This document shows, piece after piece, positions 63,729 to 64,000 of a DNA stretch of 64,000 nt. This stretch comes from an uncultured candidate division Zixibacteria bacterium. GTDB taxonomy: Bacteria > Zixibacteria > MSB-5A5 > RBG-16-43-9. How positions within the stretch are numbered: position 1 is the first letter of the stretch; every line of letters starts with the position of its first letter. Both the position numbers and the translations under genes were made by a program. The DNA is taken from assembly GCA_963713865.1 (NCBI GenBank), contig OY970208.1:1184001-1248000 (forward strand), read 5' to 3'. The notes under the pieces were generated by a model that searched no databases, had not been told where the DNA came from, and saw only the letters and a program-made list of their open reading frames with translations.

Positions 63729-63925
63729 CGCCGGTGTCATTGCGAGCCCTCTACGGGGACGACTGAAGAATCTCCCTCAAGGTCAAATTCGACAGATTTT
63801 ACCCCCGCCACAGGCTGGGGCAGAATGACACATTCACAGTTGTTTCCTTCTTGACAAATCCGGCTTATTCGTTATATTTTTCACGAATTTTTATTTGATA
63901 ATTAAAAATATAATAAGGAGTAAAG

Positions 63926-64000
63926 ATGGCAGATAAGATGATGGCGGTGATGAAGAAAAACAGAGCTCCAGGTGCAGAGTTAGATTACGTTGAAATCCCG
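63926..64000 (+). CDS. Partial CDS; start resembles Zn-dependent alcohol/L-threonine dehydrogenase
   Basis: TTGACA...TATATT at 63851-63878, TAAGGAG RBS, MADKMMAVMKKNRAPGAELDYVEIP. Confidence 0.5.
   Translation, partial: MADKMMAVMKKNRAPGAELDYVEIP

Noticed and set aside
2220-63830. CRISPR array
   Set aside because: Repeats are dispersed heterogeneous hairpins with no constant repeat-spacer period, and no cas genes are present.

Overview
Bacterial chromosomal segment, AT-rich and mostly housekeeping. The C-terminal dockerin-like repeat on the M1 peptidase suggests candidate division Zixibacteria or a relative (inference). Contents: murQ, ppdK, a degenerate Lon, a cyclophilin, an SPT/AONS-like enzyme, corA, a short pyk, tRNA-Lys(CTT), a TPR-sigma54 activator coupled to a small secreted 'HPW' protein, a four-gene corrinoid cluster (split MetH plus non-pyrrolysine MttB), csp, EndoQ, glmM, a full Pho/Pst locus with two 11-bp-pitch Pho-box arrays and inserted mgsA/epimerase genes, glmS, and rpmE-DUF1385-prfA-(tldDE insertion)-prmC. 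Intergenic regions are mosaics of many REP-like palindrome families. All seven frameshifted genes break at or beside the motif CAGAC, which most likely reflects a DNA-methylation-induced sequencing error rather than true pseudogenes. Best candidates for new biology: the secreted-peptide/TPR-sigma54 cassette, the MttB-fed split methionine synthase, and the ATPase-degenerate Lon.
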